From: Christensenellales bacterium
Lineage (GTDB): Bacteria; Bacillota; Clostridia; Christensenellales; Aristaeellaceae
Length of the DNA stretch: 64,000 nucleotides
Assembly (NCBI GenBank): GCA_040766135.1
Contig: JAXGRA010000012.1
Span: 9,744-73,743 of the forward strand
Direction of reading: 5' to 3'
Part shown: positions 54,665-64,000 of the stretch, one piece after another
Layout of the letters: each line of letters begins with the position of its first letter
How positions within the stretch are numbered: the first letter of the stretch is position 1
The notes under the pieces: generated by a model
What the model was told of the DNA's origin: nothing
What the model saw: the letters and a program-made list of their open reading frames with translations, nothing else
Database searches by the model: none
Program-made: the position numbers and the translations under genes

Positions 54665-54826
54665 TGATGTAAAACATTATTGCATCCAAAGGGGAGAGGA
54701 TTTTGGCTTGCGGCAAGGAGCAGCCGAGGGAAGCGTAGCAGCGCTACGCTGACCGAGCAGCCGACACAGCCGCAAGACAAAAGACCCGACACGACGATGC
54801 AATAATGCTTGGAATCAGTATAATTA
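54665..54826. repeat. structured intergenic element, copy B (homolog of 7253-7411)
   Basis: GATGTAAAACA...CATCCAAAGGGGAGAGGATTTTGGCTTGCGGC...AGCGTAGCAGCGCTACGCTGACCGAGCAGCCGACACAGCCGCAAGACAAAAG...CACGACGATGC... is collinear with copy A. Stem differences between the copies are compensatory. Confidence 0.8.
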
Positions 54827-56629
54827 CAGGCAACAAAAAGCAGGCGGCTGGAGATATTTCCAGCCGCCCGCTTTTTGATTATGGTTTATTCCTCTGTTTT
54901 TTCCTTGGCCTGCGCGCTGCCGGTTTGCGCGTGGTTTTCGCCTTGGGGACGTCCTCTTTTTCCGCATCGGCTGGGGCAGCCTTGGCTGCGGGTTTTGCAG
55001 CAGGTTTCGCCGTGGCCGTGGTTTTGGCAGCAGGCTTCGCTGCCGCCTTGAGGCGGGCTTGTCAGCAGGTGCTTTCTTCGCCGGGGCTTTGCGCGCGGGC
55101 TTGGGGGCCGGCGCTTCGGGCGCGGGTTGCTCCTCCGCCGCAGGTTCGGCTTGCGCGGCAGGTTTTTCCGCAGCGGGTTTTTCCTCCGCTGCCGGGTTCA
55201 GCATGCTGTTGTACAGGGAGAGGTAGGTCTCCGCCGAGTGCGCCCAAGAGAAGTCGCCCGTCATGCCGCGCTGCATCAGCATGTGCCAGATGTCCTTGCG
55301 GTTCCAGTAGTAGTGCAGCGCACGCTGCAGGGTGTGCAGCATGTCGTGGGAGTTGTAGTTGAAGAACGTAAACCCGTTGCCTGCGTTGGTAAATTCGTTG
55401 TAGGACAGCACGGTATCGCGCAGGCCGCCCGTTTCACGCACCAGCGGCACGGTGCCGTAGCGCATTGCAATCATCTGGCTCAGGCCGCAGGGCTCAAACT
55501 GCGAGGGCATCAGGAAAATGTCGGCGCCGGCATAGATGCGGTGAGCCAGCTCATTGTCCATGGCAAAGCGCGCGGCCACGCGGCCGGGATAGCTTTGCTC
55601 GGCCCAGCTGAAGAGGTTGACATACCGCGCATCGCCCATGCCCAGCACCACCAGCTGCACGTCCTCACGCAGAATATCCACGATGACATAATCTACCAGA
55701 TCCAGCCCCTTTTGGCTGGCTAAGCGGGAGATGATGCCGATGACGGGCACCTCAGGGCGCACCTGCAAGCCCAATTGCTCCTGCAGGGCGCGCTTGTTTT
55801 CAGCCTTGCCGGACATATCCTCAGCCGTGTAGGGCGCTGCAATCATGGGATCGCTGGCGGGGTTGTAGTCGTTGATGTCAATGCCGTTGAGGATACCGGT
55901 CAGGTGGTTGTTCTTGGCGCGCAGCAGGCCGTCTAAGCGCTCGCCATAATAGGCGGTCTGGATTTCTTCGGCATAACTGGGGCTGACGGTGGTCACCTCG
56001 TCACTGTATACAATGCCGGCCTTCAGGTAGTTGGCGCAGCCAAAGCACTCCAGCTTGTCATCGGTGAACACATTGTCCGGCAGGCCCAGCACCTCCTGCA
56101 CATCCTTGATGCCAAAGATGCCCTGGTACTGCAGGTTGTGGATGGTCATGACCGTTTTGATGCGATCATAGCCGGGGATGCCGCCATACTGGATGCGCAG
56201 CAGCGCGGGCACCATGCCGGCCTGCCAGTCATGCGCATGCAGGATGTCGGGCATAAAGGGAATGAGTGTGAGCGAGTTGAGCACAGCGCGGGCGAAAAAT
56301 GCAAAGCGCTCGTACTCATCCCCGCCTAAGCCGTACACATAGTTGCGGCCAAAGTAGTAGCGGTTGTCGACAAAGTAATACGTAACGCCATCCATCTCCA
56401 GCGCTTCGATGCCGCAGTACTGCCTGCGCCAGCCCAGCTGCACCTCAAAGTCCACCGCGTGGCGCATTTGGGATGCATACTGCTCCGGAATGTGGGCATA
56501 CTTGGGCATCATCACGCGCACATCATGCCCCTTCTGGGCCAGCACGGGCGCGAGGGAACCCACCACATCGGCCAGGCCGCCGGTTTTGAGAAAGGGCACA
56601 CATTCACTTGCAACGAATAAAATTTTCAT
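54824..56629 (-). CDS. glgA: glycogen synthase with a long Ala/Lys/Pro/Glu-rich C-terminal tail. The 3' end is uncertain; the likely true stop is at 54879-54881 in another frame.
   Basis: AAGGAGA precedes ATG 56629. MKILFVASECVPFLKTGGLADVVGSL, and the full GT5 core matches GlgA. As sequenced, the last ~75 codons are Arg/Pro-rich and read through the terminator hairpin. Confidence 0.9.
   Translation of the reverse strand: MKILFVASECVPFLKTGGLADVVGSLAPVLAQKGHDVRVMMPKYAHIPEQYASQMRHAVDFEVQLGWRRQYCGIEALEMDGVTYYFVDNRYYFGRNYVYGLGGDEYERFAFFARAVLNSLTLIPFMPDILHAHDWQAGMVPALLRIQYGGIPGYDRIKTVMTIHNLQYQGIFGIKDVQEVLGLPDNVFTDDKLECFGCANYLKAGIVYSDEVTTVSPSYAEEIQTAYYGERLDGLLRAKNNHLTGILNGIDINDYNPASDPMIAAPYTAEDMSGKAENKRALQEQLGLQVRPEVPVIGIISRLASQKGLDLVDYVIVDILREDVQLVVLGMGDARYVNLFSWAEQSYPGRVAARFAMDNELAHRIYAGADIFLMPSQFEPCGLSQMIAMRYGTVPLVRETGGLRDTVLSYNEFTNAGNGFTFFNYNSHDMLHTLQRALHYYWNRKDIWHMLMQRGMTGDFSWAHSAETYLSLYNSMLNPAAEEKPAAEKPAAQAEPAAEEQPAPEAPAPKPARKAPAKKAPADKPASRRQRSLLPKPRPRRNLLQNPQPRLPQPMRKKRTSPRRKPRANRQRAGQGKNRGINHNQKAGGWKYLQPPAFCCL
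54835..54877. terminator. bidirectional rho-independent terminator (glgA / GH29-locus convergence)
   Basis: AAAAAGCAGGCGGCTGGAG-atatt-TCCAGCCGCCCGCTTTTT: 12/13-bp stem, with an A-run upstream and a T-run downstream. Confidence 0.8.
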
Positions 56630-56716
56630 AGTTACTCTCCTTGTGGTCGCGTCATAAAGCGATTTTTCGCACACGTTTTATCGCATGCGGTCAATTTGAC
56701 GCTAACACGGGGTGCC

Positions 56717-57841
56717 TCAAATTGTCAAGTTCTTGCCCACAACGACCGGATACTCCCTGGGCGCTATCATGCGTGTGCCTTCCCGTACAGTGGTCTGTTT
56801 GTCCAGGATACAGCCATCGATTTCCGCATCGCGGTTGATCAATGCATCCTGCATGACAATGCAATTTCTGATTACCGCACCCGGCTTGACCACCACCGAG
56901 CGGAACAGAATGCTGTTTTCCACCGTGCCCTCAATAACGCAGCCATCGGCTACCAGCGAATTAACTACCTTGGCGGTGTCGGTATAGCGCGCGGGCATTT
57001 CATCGCGCAGCTTGGTCCAGATGGGCTGTTTATCGTTAAACAGCTGCGTGCGCACCTTGGTATCCAGAAAAGCCATGTTGGCCTGGTAGTAGGCCTGTAT
57101 GGAATCAATGCTCCAGATATCGCCGGGGCATTCGTAGCCGCATATCTTATACAGCCGCTCCTGAAGCATTTGCACCAGCAACTCGCGCGTGAAGTGATGC
57201 ATGCCGGCCGCCACCGCGCGGTCGAGCACATCGATGAGCAGTTCGCGCCGGATCAGGAAAGCGCCCATGTAGGTGTTGGGATAGTGCGGGATGATGGGGT
57301 CAAACTCCATGCTCTGCACGATGTTGTCCCCGTTAATGTCTAAATAGCGGCCCCAGCCATTGCGCCGCACGGTACGATCCTTGGTGTACAGCAGCGTAAT
57401 GTCCGCCTTGCTTTCGATGTGCTGCTTGCATACATCATCATACTGCACCCGGTACAGCAGGTAGCTGTCGGTGACCAGAATGTAACGCTCGGTGCTGCGC
57501 CTTAAGAAATTTAAGTTCGCATACAGGGCGTCTAACATGCCCTCATACACGCCTCCGCGCACCGTGGATGTATGCGGCGGCAGGATGGTCAGGCCAGAGC
57601 GCTTGCCATGCAAGTCCCACTCGCGGCCCGAACCGATGTGGTCCATCAGGCTGTGATAATTGCCCTGCATGATGATGCCCACATTCTGCACGCCTGAATG
57701 GATCATGTTGGATAACAAAAAGTCAATCAGCCGATAGCGGCCTAACATGGGCAGCGCCGCCACCGAACGGATGCGGATCAGATCGCGCAAATCCTCAATG
57801 CGATCTCCGGTATATATCAAACCTACCACGTTGCTTTTCAT
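56717..57841 (-). CDS. glgD: glucose-1-phosphate adenylyltransferase, GlgD subunit
   Basis: GAGGAGG RBS. IRSVAALPMLGRYRLIDFLLSNMIHSGVQNVGIIMQ lacks the catalytic GGxGxRL of GlgC. Position between glgC and glgA. Confidence 0.9.
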   Translation of the reverse strand: MKSNVVGLIYTGDRIEDLRDLIRIRSVAALPMLGRYRLIDFLLSNMIHSGVQNVGIIMQGNYHSLMDHIGSGREWDLHGKRSGLTILPPHTSTVRGGVYEGMLDALYANLNFLRRSTERYILVTDSYLLYRVQYDDVCKQHIESKADITLLYTKDRTVRRNGWGRYLDINGDNIVQSMEFDPIIPHYPNTYMGAFLIRRELLIDVLDRAVAAGMHHFTRELLVQMLQERLYKICGYECPGDIWSIDSIQAYYQANMAFLDTKVRTQLFNDKQPIWTKLRDEMPARYTDTAKVVNSLVADGCVIEGTVENSILFRSVVVKPGAVIRNCIVMQDALINRDAEIDGCILDKQTTVREGTRMIAPREYPVVVGKNLTI

Positions 57842-57854
57842 GTTCTTCGCCTCC

Positions 57855-59027
57855 TCACTCGCCCACCTGCTGGCCGGCGGCTACAAACTCGCCCGCCTTT
57901 AGGCTTGTGTTGCTGCCTACCACAGCGATGTCGCCCTCTTCTTCGCCCACCACGCAGCCCTCGCCAATCACAGCATTTTCAGCCACGATGGCGCGCCGGA
58001 TTACCGCGCCCTTGCCAATGCGCGCGCCGGGCATCAGCACGCTGTCTATCACAACGGCGCCTTCCTCCACGATGGCGTTGGTGGACAGCACGCTGTGCGT
58101 TACGCTGCCCATAATCTGGCAGCCTTCGGTGATCAGGCTGTCGATGACCGAGCCGCCCTCGGCCACATAGTGCGGCGGGCTGCCGACGTTGCGCGCATAG
58201 ATGCGCCATTCCCTGTCGCGCAGGTCAACGGGCACGGGATCCTTGAGCAGATCCATGTTGGCATCCCACAGGCTTTCAATGGTGCCCACATCCTTCCAGT
58301 AGTCGTTGAAGGTGTAAGCTGTCATACACTCGCCTGCATTCAGCATGGCGGGGATGATGTTCTTGCCAAAGTCGTTGGAGGATTCAGGATCCTGCTCATC
58401 GGCCTCCAAATAGCTGCACAGCTTGTCAAAGCTGAACACATACACGCCCATGCTGGCGTTGTTGGACTTGGGATTGGCCGGCTTTTCCTCAAACTCGATG
58501 ATGTTGTTGTTCTCATCGGTGTTCATGATGCCAAAGCGGCTGGCTTCCTCCCACGGCACCTGCCTGACAGCAATGGTGGCCGCGGCGTTGTGCTTTACGT
58601 GGTGGGCAATCATCTCCGCATAATCCATCTTATAAATGTGATCGCCCGACAAAACCAGCACATAGTCCGGATTGTACTGCTTGGCAAATTCCAGGTTCTG
58701 GTAGATGGAGTTGGCGGTACCGCGGTACCATTCGCCGGTTTTTCCGGTGTGATAGGGCGGCAGCACATACACCCCGCCGGAGTTTACGTCCAAATCCCAC
58801 GGCGCGCCGGAGCCAATATAGGCATTGAGCTCCAACGGGCGGTACTGTGTCAGCACGCCGACCACATCGATGCCGGAGTTGACACAGTTGGACAGCGGAA
58901 AGTCAATAATGCGATACTTCCCGCCAAAGGGTACCGCTGGTTTAGCGACATGCCGGGTCAATATCCCCAACCGGCTGCCCTGGCCGCCCGCCAGCAGCAT
59001 CGCCACACAGCTTTTTTTCCTGTACAT
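57855..59027 (-). CDS. glgC: glucose-1-phosphate adenylyltransferase
   Basis: GGGGAGGGG precedes ATG 59027. [52 protein letters not shown]. The track ORF extension to 59177 is out-of-frame overlap with the glgB tail. Confidence 0.93.
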   Translation of the reverse strand: MYRKKSCVAMLLAGGQGSRLGILTRHVAKPAVPFGGKYRIIDFPLSNCVNSGIDVVGVLTQYRPLELNAYIGSGAPWDLDVNSGGVYVLPPYHTGKTGEWYRGTANSIYQNLEFAKQYNPDYVLVLSGDHIYKMDYAEMIAHHVKHNAAATIAVRQVPWEEASRFGIMNTDENNNIIEFEEKPANPKSNNASMGVYVFSFDKLCSYLEADEQDPESSNDFGKNIIPAMLNAGECMTAYTFNDYWKDVGTIESLWDANMDLLKDPVPVDLRDREWRIYARNVGSPPHYVAEGGSVIDSLITEGCQIMGSVTHSVLSTNAIVEEGAVVIDSVLMPGARIGKGAVIRRAIVAENAVIGEGCVVGEEEGDIAVVGSNTSLKAGEFVAAGQQVGE

Positions 59028-59061
59028 AACGACCCCTCCCCTAATCATGTAACGTGTATTT

Positions 59062-61182
59062 TTAGGCCTTCTCGGTGCCCTGCGCGGGTGTTTCCTCTTT
59101 CTTTTCGCGCTTTTTCTTGGGTTCCTTGACGGCCTTTTCATCTTTCTTGCGCACAGCCTTGGCCGTTTCCTTTTCATTCGATTTTTTATCAGCCTTGGCT
59201 GCCTGTTTCTTAGTATCCTTGGCCGCCAACTTTTTGACAGCCTTGGGCGCGCGCTTGTAGTGGAAGTACATAAACGCCAGCGGCGGCACGCAGATTTTCA
59301 CCGATTGCTCAAACCCTAAACAGGCGACTTCCTCGCTTTTCAGGGGCTGTGCGTTATACTGATTGGAGCCGCCGTATTTCGCCAGGTCGGAGTTGAACAC
59401 CTCGGTAATCTCGCCTGGGTCGGGCAGCCCCAATTGATACTGCGCATGGAACGCCGGGGTGAAGTTCACAACGGCAATGATGCTGTTGCCCTTTCTATCG
59501 GTACGCATAAAAGCCACCAGGCTGTTGGCCTTATCATCGGGCACCAGCCACTGGAAACCCTCCCAGCTGTCCTCAATTTCATAAAATGGCGGGTTGCTGC
59601 GGTAAAAGGCGTTGAGATCCTTGACCATCTGGTGCAGTTCCGGGTGTTTTTCGTACAGCAGCAAAAACCAATCCAGCTGGTCATCGTCCTTCCACTCGAT
59701 AAACTGCCCAAACTCGCTGCCCATGAACAGCAGCTTTTTGCCCGGATGCGCCATGGTATATCCATACAGCGCGCGCAAGCCTGCAAATTTGCGCCAGATG
59801 TCGCCGGGCTGTTTGTCTAACATGCTGTACTTGCCATGCACGACCTCATCATGTGAAAACGGCAGGATATAGTTTTCAGAAAACGCATAGAACAGCGAGA
59901 ACGTCAGCTTGTCGTGATGCCACTGGCGGTATATGTGATCGAACTTGATGTAGCTTAGCATGTCGTTCATCCAGCCCATGTTCCACTTAAAGCCAAAGCC
60001 CAGCCCGCCCATGTACACCGGGCGCGTTATCATGGGGTAGGCGGTGGATTCCTCCGCAATGGTCATCACGCCGGGGAAGTCATGGTATACCGTCTGGTTC
60101 AGGCGCTGGAAAAAGGCAATGGCGTCCAAATTTTCGCGCCCGCCGTGCTTGTTGGGCAAATAGTTGCCCTCGCGCCCAAAGTCTAAGTACAGCATGCTGC
60201 TGACCGCATCGCACCGCAGGCCGTCCGCATGGAACTGCTCCAACCAGAAGCAGGCGTTGGACAGCAGGAAACTGCACACCTCGCCGCGCGCCAGGTCAAA
60301 CATCATGGTGCCCCACTGCGCCATTTCGGAACGGCGGGTGTCCACATGCTCATAACAGGGCGTGCCGTCAAAGTTGCGCAAGCCGATTTCATCACGCGGG
60401 AAGTGCGCCGGCACCCAGTCCAAAATGACGCCTATGTTGGCCTGATGCAGCCGGTCAATCAGCGCCATCAGGTCTTTGGGCGCGCCGTGGCGCGCGGTGG
60501 CCGCATAATAACCCGTCACCTGATAGCCCCAGGACATATCCAGCGGATGCTCCATCACGGGCAGCAATTCCACATGCGTGTAGCCCATCTCCGTGATATA
60601 CGGGATGAGCAGATCGGCGATTTCCAAATAGGACAGCATGCGCCCGTCCTCGCCGCGCCGCCAGCTGCCCAAGTGCAGCTCATAAATGTTGATGGGGCTG
60701 CGGTAGGGATTCCACTGGGCGCGCTGCTGCATCCATGCGCTGTCGCCCCATTCATAGCCCGACAGGTCGTACAGCACGCTGGCGGTGTTGGGCCGCAGCT
60801 CGGCACGGAAGGCATAGGGGTCGGCGCGCAGGTGCCAGTGGCCCTGCTTGGTCTGCACCGCAAATTTATATGTGCGCAGTTTTTGTGCGGCATCGGGGTA
60901 ATTGTAGCGCTCCGGGTCGCTTTCGGGGCGGAACAGTGCATCGGGCAGGCGCAATTCCCATGTGCCGTCGTGCTGCTTGATCATGGGGTACTGTTCATAC
61001 GCCCAGGCACAAAACTCCCCCGTTACGCTTACCTGGCGCGCGTTAGGCGCCCATACGGCAAAATGCCAATAGGGCGCGCCATCCTGCATAACCGGATGCG
61101 CACCCAACATGCGGTACGCATGGCGGCTGGTGCCCTGGTGAAAAGCCTGCCGGGCCTTTTCATCGGGAGGATGATACAACAA
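59062..61182 (-). CDS. glgB: 1,4-alpha-glucan branching enzyme with a Lys-rich C-terminal tail
   Basis: TTG start after GAGGGGGA. GH13 core ([44 protein letters not shown]). The last 64 aa, [25 protein letters not shown]...KKKREKKEE..., are low-complexity. Confidence 0.93.
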   Translation of the reverse strand: MLYHPPDEKARQAFHQGTSRHAYRMLGAHPVMQDGAPYWHFAVWAPNARQVSVTGEFCAWAYEQYPMIKQHDGTWELRLPDALFRPESDPERYNYPDAAQKLRTYKFAVQTKQGHWHLRADPYAFRAELRPNTASVLYDLSGYEWGDSAWMQQRAQWNPYRSPINIYELHLGSWRRGEDGRMLSYLEIADLLIPYITEMGYTHVELLPVMEHPLDMSWGYQVTGYYAATARHGAPKDLMALIDRLHQANIGVILDWVPAHFPRDEIGLRNFDGTPCYEHVDTRRSEMAQWGTMMFDLARGEVCSFLLSNACFWLEQFHADGLRCDAVSSMLYLDFGREGNYLPNKHGGRENLDAIAFFQRLNQTVYHDFPGVMTIAEESTAYPMITRPVYMGGLGFGFKWNMGWMNDMLSYIKFDHIYRQWHHDKLTFSLFYAFSENYILPFSHDEVVHGKYSMLDKQPGDIWRKFAGLRALYGYTMAHPGKKLLFMGSEFGQFIEWKDDDQLDWFLLLYEKHPELHQMVKDLNAFYRSNPPFYEIEDSWEGFQWLVPDDKANSLVAFMRTDRKGNSIIAVVNFTPAFHAQYQLGLPDPGEITEVFNSDLAKYGGSNQYNAQPLKSEEVACLGFEQSVKICVPPLAFMYFHYKRAPKAVKKLAAKDTKKQAAKADKKSNEKETAKAVRKKDEKAVKEPKKKREKKEETPAQGTEKA

Positions 61183-61241
61183 ACACGCTTTCCCCCTCTC
61201 TGTCGGATAATGCTTCCTGATCGCTGTGAATTTCTATGCGA

Positions 61242-61270
61242 AGTATAGCACATGCATCATTGCTTGGCAA
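61242..61270 (-). promoter_or_regulatory. candidate promoter of the glgBCDA operon
   Basis: Minus strand: TTGCCA (61270-61265), 17-nt spacer ending in TGC, TATACT (61247-61242). Confidence 0.5.
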
Positions 61271-61331
61271 TGTGGCAAAGCATTCTGGAGGGCATACCTA
61301 TGTTTTTCAAATGTGCTCTAAGCATCCTTGC

Positions 61332-61363
61332 AAAAAGGCACAGGGAAACTCCTGTGCCTTTTT
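61332..61363. terminator. bidirectional rho-independent terminator
   Basis: AAAAAGGCACAGG-gaaact-CCTGTGCCTTTTT. Separates the GH127/Gfo/Hyi-like operon from the glg operon. Confidence 0.8.
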
Positions 61364-61384
61364 GTATAACAGTAAAAAACGATA

Positions 61385-62143
61385 TCAGTCCCTTAAATAT
61401 ATCCTTCGGAACTCCTGCAGGCTCTTTACGCTGTCCATTGTAGGACGATACTCCAGTCCGCATGCGCCGGTGTAGCCCGCCTCGTCCACCTTTTGGAAGA
61501 TCACCTTGTAATCATTTTCACCAAACTGCAGGTCAATGCGGCCGGGATGGCCGGCGCTGTGTAGGTGGGCGATGCAATCCAAGTGGTTGACGATGCTGGG
61601 GATGATGTTGCCCTCCATCACCTGCTGGTGATAAATATCGTACACCACCTTGACCAGCGGGTGATCCACTTCCCGGATGATGTCAAAGGCCTCCTTGGAG
61701 TGCCACAGGTAATAGCCGGGGTGGTTGACCAGCGTGTTGAGCGGCTCGATCATGATGGTGATGCCGCTGTCCTCTAAGATGGGCTTTGCGGCCTTGAGCG
61801 CCGCCACGATGCTGTCATGCTGCACCTGGCGTTCAGCGCCGGTATCGGCGCCCACCTGGGTGATCAGCTTGCTGGCGCCCACGCGCCACGCGGCGGCGCA
61901 GCTTTCACGCAGGCCGTCCAGCCAGTCCTGCCGTTTGTCCGGGTTGGTCATGTTAAACTCGGTGGTGCACATGCTCAGCAGTTCAACGCCCGCTTCTTCA
62001 CAGGCCGCGCGCACTTTGTCCAAGTCTAACTTTTTCCAGTTGTAGGTTTCGGCGGCGTCAAAGCCTAAGGAGCCGATCTTTTTGATGGCCTCGGCAAAGT
62101 CCATGTCGCCAAAGAAGCATGGCACCGGGATACAAATCCTCAT
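61385..62143 (-). CDS. xylose-isomerase-like TIM-barrel protein (hydroxypyruvate isomerase-like)
   Basis: GAAAGGGG RBS. 252 aa. FAEAIKKIGSLGFDAAE...ITIMIEPLN...LHSAGHPGR...GYTGACGLEY follows the Hyi/AP-endonuclease-2 fold pattern. Confidence 0.75.
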   Translation of the reverse strand: MRICIPVPCFFGDMDFAEAIKKIGSLGFDAAETYNWKKLDLDKVRAACEEAGVELLSMCTTEFNMTNPDKRQDWLDGLRESCAAAWRVGASKLITQVGADTGAERQVQHDSIVAALKAAKPILEDSGITIMIEPLNTLVNHPGYYLWHSKEAFDIIREVDHPLVKVVYDIYHQQVMEGNIIPSIVNHLDCIAHLHSAGHPGRIDLQFGENDYKVIFQKVDEAGYTGACGLEYRPTMDSVKSLQEFRRIYLRD

Positions 62144-62160
62144 ACAAATCCCCTTTCCTG

Positions 62161-63156
62161 TCAGAAGTGGATCACCTTGCCGGTGTCCATCGACTCATTG
62201 GCGGCAAAGGTCATCTTAAGCGATTTGAGCGCGTCGGCATACGGCGAGCGGATGCCGCTGGGGTCGCCGGTTTTGACGGCATCGATGAATGCACGGTCCA
62301 GGTCATATGTCTGGTCGTTGCCGCGCTTGACATCCACCATGCGCCGGTCGGTAAACATGATCAAATTATTGCGCAGGCGGTAATCAATGACCAGGTCACG
62401 CAGCTTGATTACAAGGCCGTTGTTGGGCCGGGCACCGGCCATATAGCATGCGCTTTCCAGCGTGGCGGTCACATTGTCCTTAAAGCGATAGATACACACG
62501 GAGTAGTCATCGGTGTCATACTCCGGGCTGGCGGTGACGCCGGGCTCAACAATGCCGCGGCTGCTGACGGCATACACCGACAGCGGCTCGCCAAACAAAT
62601 AACGCAGGCCGTCGGCTAAGTGGATGTTCTGCTCCACCAACTGCCCGCCACAGGTGGAACGCTTCTGCCACCACCACACGCCGGGGATGCCGCCAATCCA
62701 CGCGCCGTTGACCAGCCCGCCCTTGGGATGCTTGGGCAGCTCTTCCTTGATCATGTCCATCAGATCTAAGTACCTGTCCTGAAAGCCCACGGCAGTGATG
62801 AGCCCTGTTTCCTCAATGCGTTTGGCGATAAGGTCAGCCTGCTCCAAATCCAGCGTCATGGGTTTTTCCACCATGAAGGGCAGCCCCAGATCAATGGCGC
62901 GCATTTCGGTGTCGGTGTGCGCGGTGGGTTCAATGCTGATAAACACCGCATCCAGCATTTTTTTGCTTTCGCTGTCGTACAGTTCCTTGTGCGTTTCATA
63001 GGCGCGTGCGCCGGTCTTGGCAGCCGCGGCCTCGCGCCGCTCCTTCACAGGTTCGGCCAGCGCCACGATCTGCACATCGTCCATTTTCATCAGCGCATCG
63101 ATATGCGCGCCCTGCCGCCCGCCGCAGCCAATCAGTCCTACCCGTACCTTGCTCAT
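62161..63156 (-). CDS. Gfo/Idh/MocA-family oxidoreductase
   Basis: AAAGGGG RBS. MSKVRVGLIGCGGRQGAHI Rossmann start. FMVEKPMT (EKP motif). Confidence 0.85.
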   Translation of the reverse strand: MSKVRVGLIGCGGRQGAHIDALMKMDDVQIVALAEPVKERREAAAAKTGARAYETHKELYDSESKKMLDAVFISIEPTAHTDTEMRAIDLGLPFMVEKPMTLDLEQADLIAKRIEETGLITAVGFQDRYLDLMDMIKEELPKHPKGGLVNGAWIGGIPGVWWWQKRSTCGGQLVEQNIHLADGLRYLFGEPLSVYAVSSRGIVEPGVTASPEYDTDDYSVCIYRFKDNVTATLESACYMAGARPNNGLVIKLRDLVIDYRLRNNLIMFTDRRMVDVKRGNDQTYDLDRAFIDAVKTGDPSGIRSPYADALKSLKMTFAANESMDTGKVIHF

Positions 63157-63245
63157 GCTTCTATCCCCTTTTTATCCGGCATAGCGCCGGTTTTTTCGCT
63201 TTATATTATACGATATTTTATGTAGTATGCACACACCTTTCGACA

Positions 63246-64000
63246 TTATGGCCACTCCACCGCAGGATAAACGTCAAACGGTTCATCGTGAATGTCCAAA
63301 TATGCCATGTACATGTGATGCGGGTCATCGCGCAGCGTCAGCGTGCGCTTTTCACCGCGCTGCGGCATGAACCATTGCTCCGGATGCTCAGGGTCAAACC
63401 GCAGCGTCAGCGGGTTGGGGGCCCCCAGCGCTGCGTACAGCAACGGCCCATGTGTAAGCGCCCAGCGCTCATGCGTTTTCAGTTCTTCCCCGCCGGTGTA
63501 GTGCACCGTTCGGAAGGTAAACGGAAACTCCATTTCAAACACCTGGCCGGCCTGCACATTTTCATGCGTGCGGTAGATGCCAATGCCCTCTGGCCGTGCC
63601 CATCCCGGGATACGCAGCTTGAGCGTGAAAGGCTTGGCCGCCTCCAGCACCGTCACCTTCACGCGCCCATCATCGGGCAACCCAGTGTCCACGCGCAGCG
63701 TTACACCATTGGGCAGCACGGCCTGACTGGGCGCATACAGGTCACAATACACGGTGTCCTCATTGTATGTGTACAGGAATTGCGGCAACAGGCCTGCCAG
63801 CCGCGTGCCCATGGCGGCGCAGCAGGTGGCGCGGTCTAAGTACCGCCAATCCTTGTTCTTTTGCAGGAAGTTCAGGTAGTGATATCCCTGATCGCCTACC
63901 TGGGCGGCCAGCAACACGTTGTACAGCGCGTTTTCCATCTGATCGGTATGCAGGGCATTGTCAGGCTCCAGCCGGTGCATGCGCTGATGCAGCAGCACCC
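63246..64000 (-). CDS. GH127-like (DUF1680, beta-L-arabinofuranosidase family) protein, C-terminal part; the 5' end lies outside the window
   Basis: ENALYNVLLAAQ...YHYLNFL...RATCCAAMGTRLAGLLPQFLY...VTLRVDTGLPDDGRVKVTV resembles the C-terminal half of GH127 enzymes. The ORF is open to the window edge. Confidence 0.7.
   Translation of the reverse strand, partial: VLLHQRMHRLEPDNALHTDQMENALYNVLLAAQVGDQGYHYLNFLQKNKDWRYLDRATCCAAMGTRLAGLLPQFLYTYNEDTVYCDLYAPSQAVLPNGVTLRVDTGLPDDGRVKVTVLEAAKPFTLKLRIPGWARPEGIGIYRTHENVQAGQVFEMEFPFTFRTVHYTGGEELKTHERWALTHGPLLYAALGAPNPLTLRFDPEHPEQWFMPQRGEKRTLTLRDDPHHMYMAYLDIHDEPFDVYPAVEWP

Noticed and set aside
54805-55362. Plus-strand ORF of 185 aa rich in Ala/Gly/Phe.
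   Set aside because: It is antisense to the repetitive glgA tail. Low-complexity mirror frame with no RBS.
59028-59177. The 50-codon basic N-terminal extension of glgC ([22 protein letters not shown]...).
   Set aside because: It is the out-of-frame reading of the Lys-rich glgB tail. The RBS and the conserved GlgC N-terminus begin at ATG 59027.

Overview
High-GC, Gram-positive-type chromosome segment, probably a Clostridia/Oscillospiraceae-like Bacillota. The guess rests on AGGAGG ribosome-binding sites, a T-box leader on thrS, glgB-glgC-glgD-glgA gene order and a Veg-like gene. Most of the window is accessory carbohydrate metabolism. This includes a kdgF-gntR-kduI-kduD-eda-kdgK uronate operon; an AraC-linked cluster of enolase-superfamily dehydratase, RraA-like protein, GH10-like hydrolase and SDR; an rpiB/MFS/ABC/GH29 locus; a GH127/Gfo/Hyi-like cluster; an orphan rhaA; and the glycogen operon. 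Housekeeping and other genes include thrS, phnA, an orphan membrane-anchored pentaheme NrfA-like cytochrome, an SPFH protein and two convergent YtrA-type GntR+ABC modules. Two clusters of secreted proteins of unknown function stand out: 207-6501, a paralog family sharing a C-terminal domain, and 42581-45934. The most unusual signals are these. (1) A 28-bp/33-bp/28-bp repeat-insert-repeat unit splits one paralog and has the geometry of an off-target CRISPR spacer integration. (2) A ~160-nt structured intergenic element occurs twice, with compensatory stem changes between the copies. (3) Lys/Ala/Pro-rich tails sit on both GlgA and GlgB. (4) Four single-base frame disruptions affect two secreted-protein genes, the GH29 gene (which becomes fused to the next gene) and the glgA tail. 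These are either real decay or consensus indel errors. No rRNA, tRNA, CRISPR array, transposase or cas gene was seen. All function calls come from reading the translations by eye; no database search was run.
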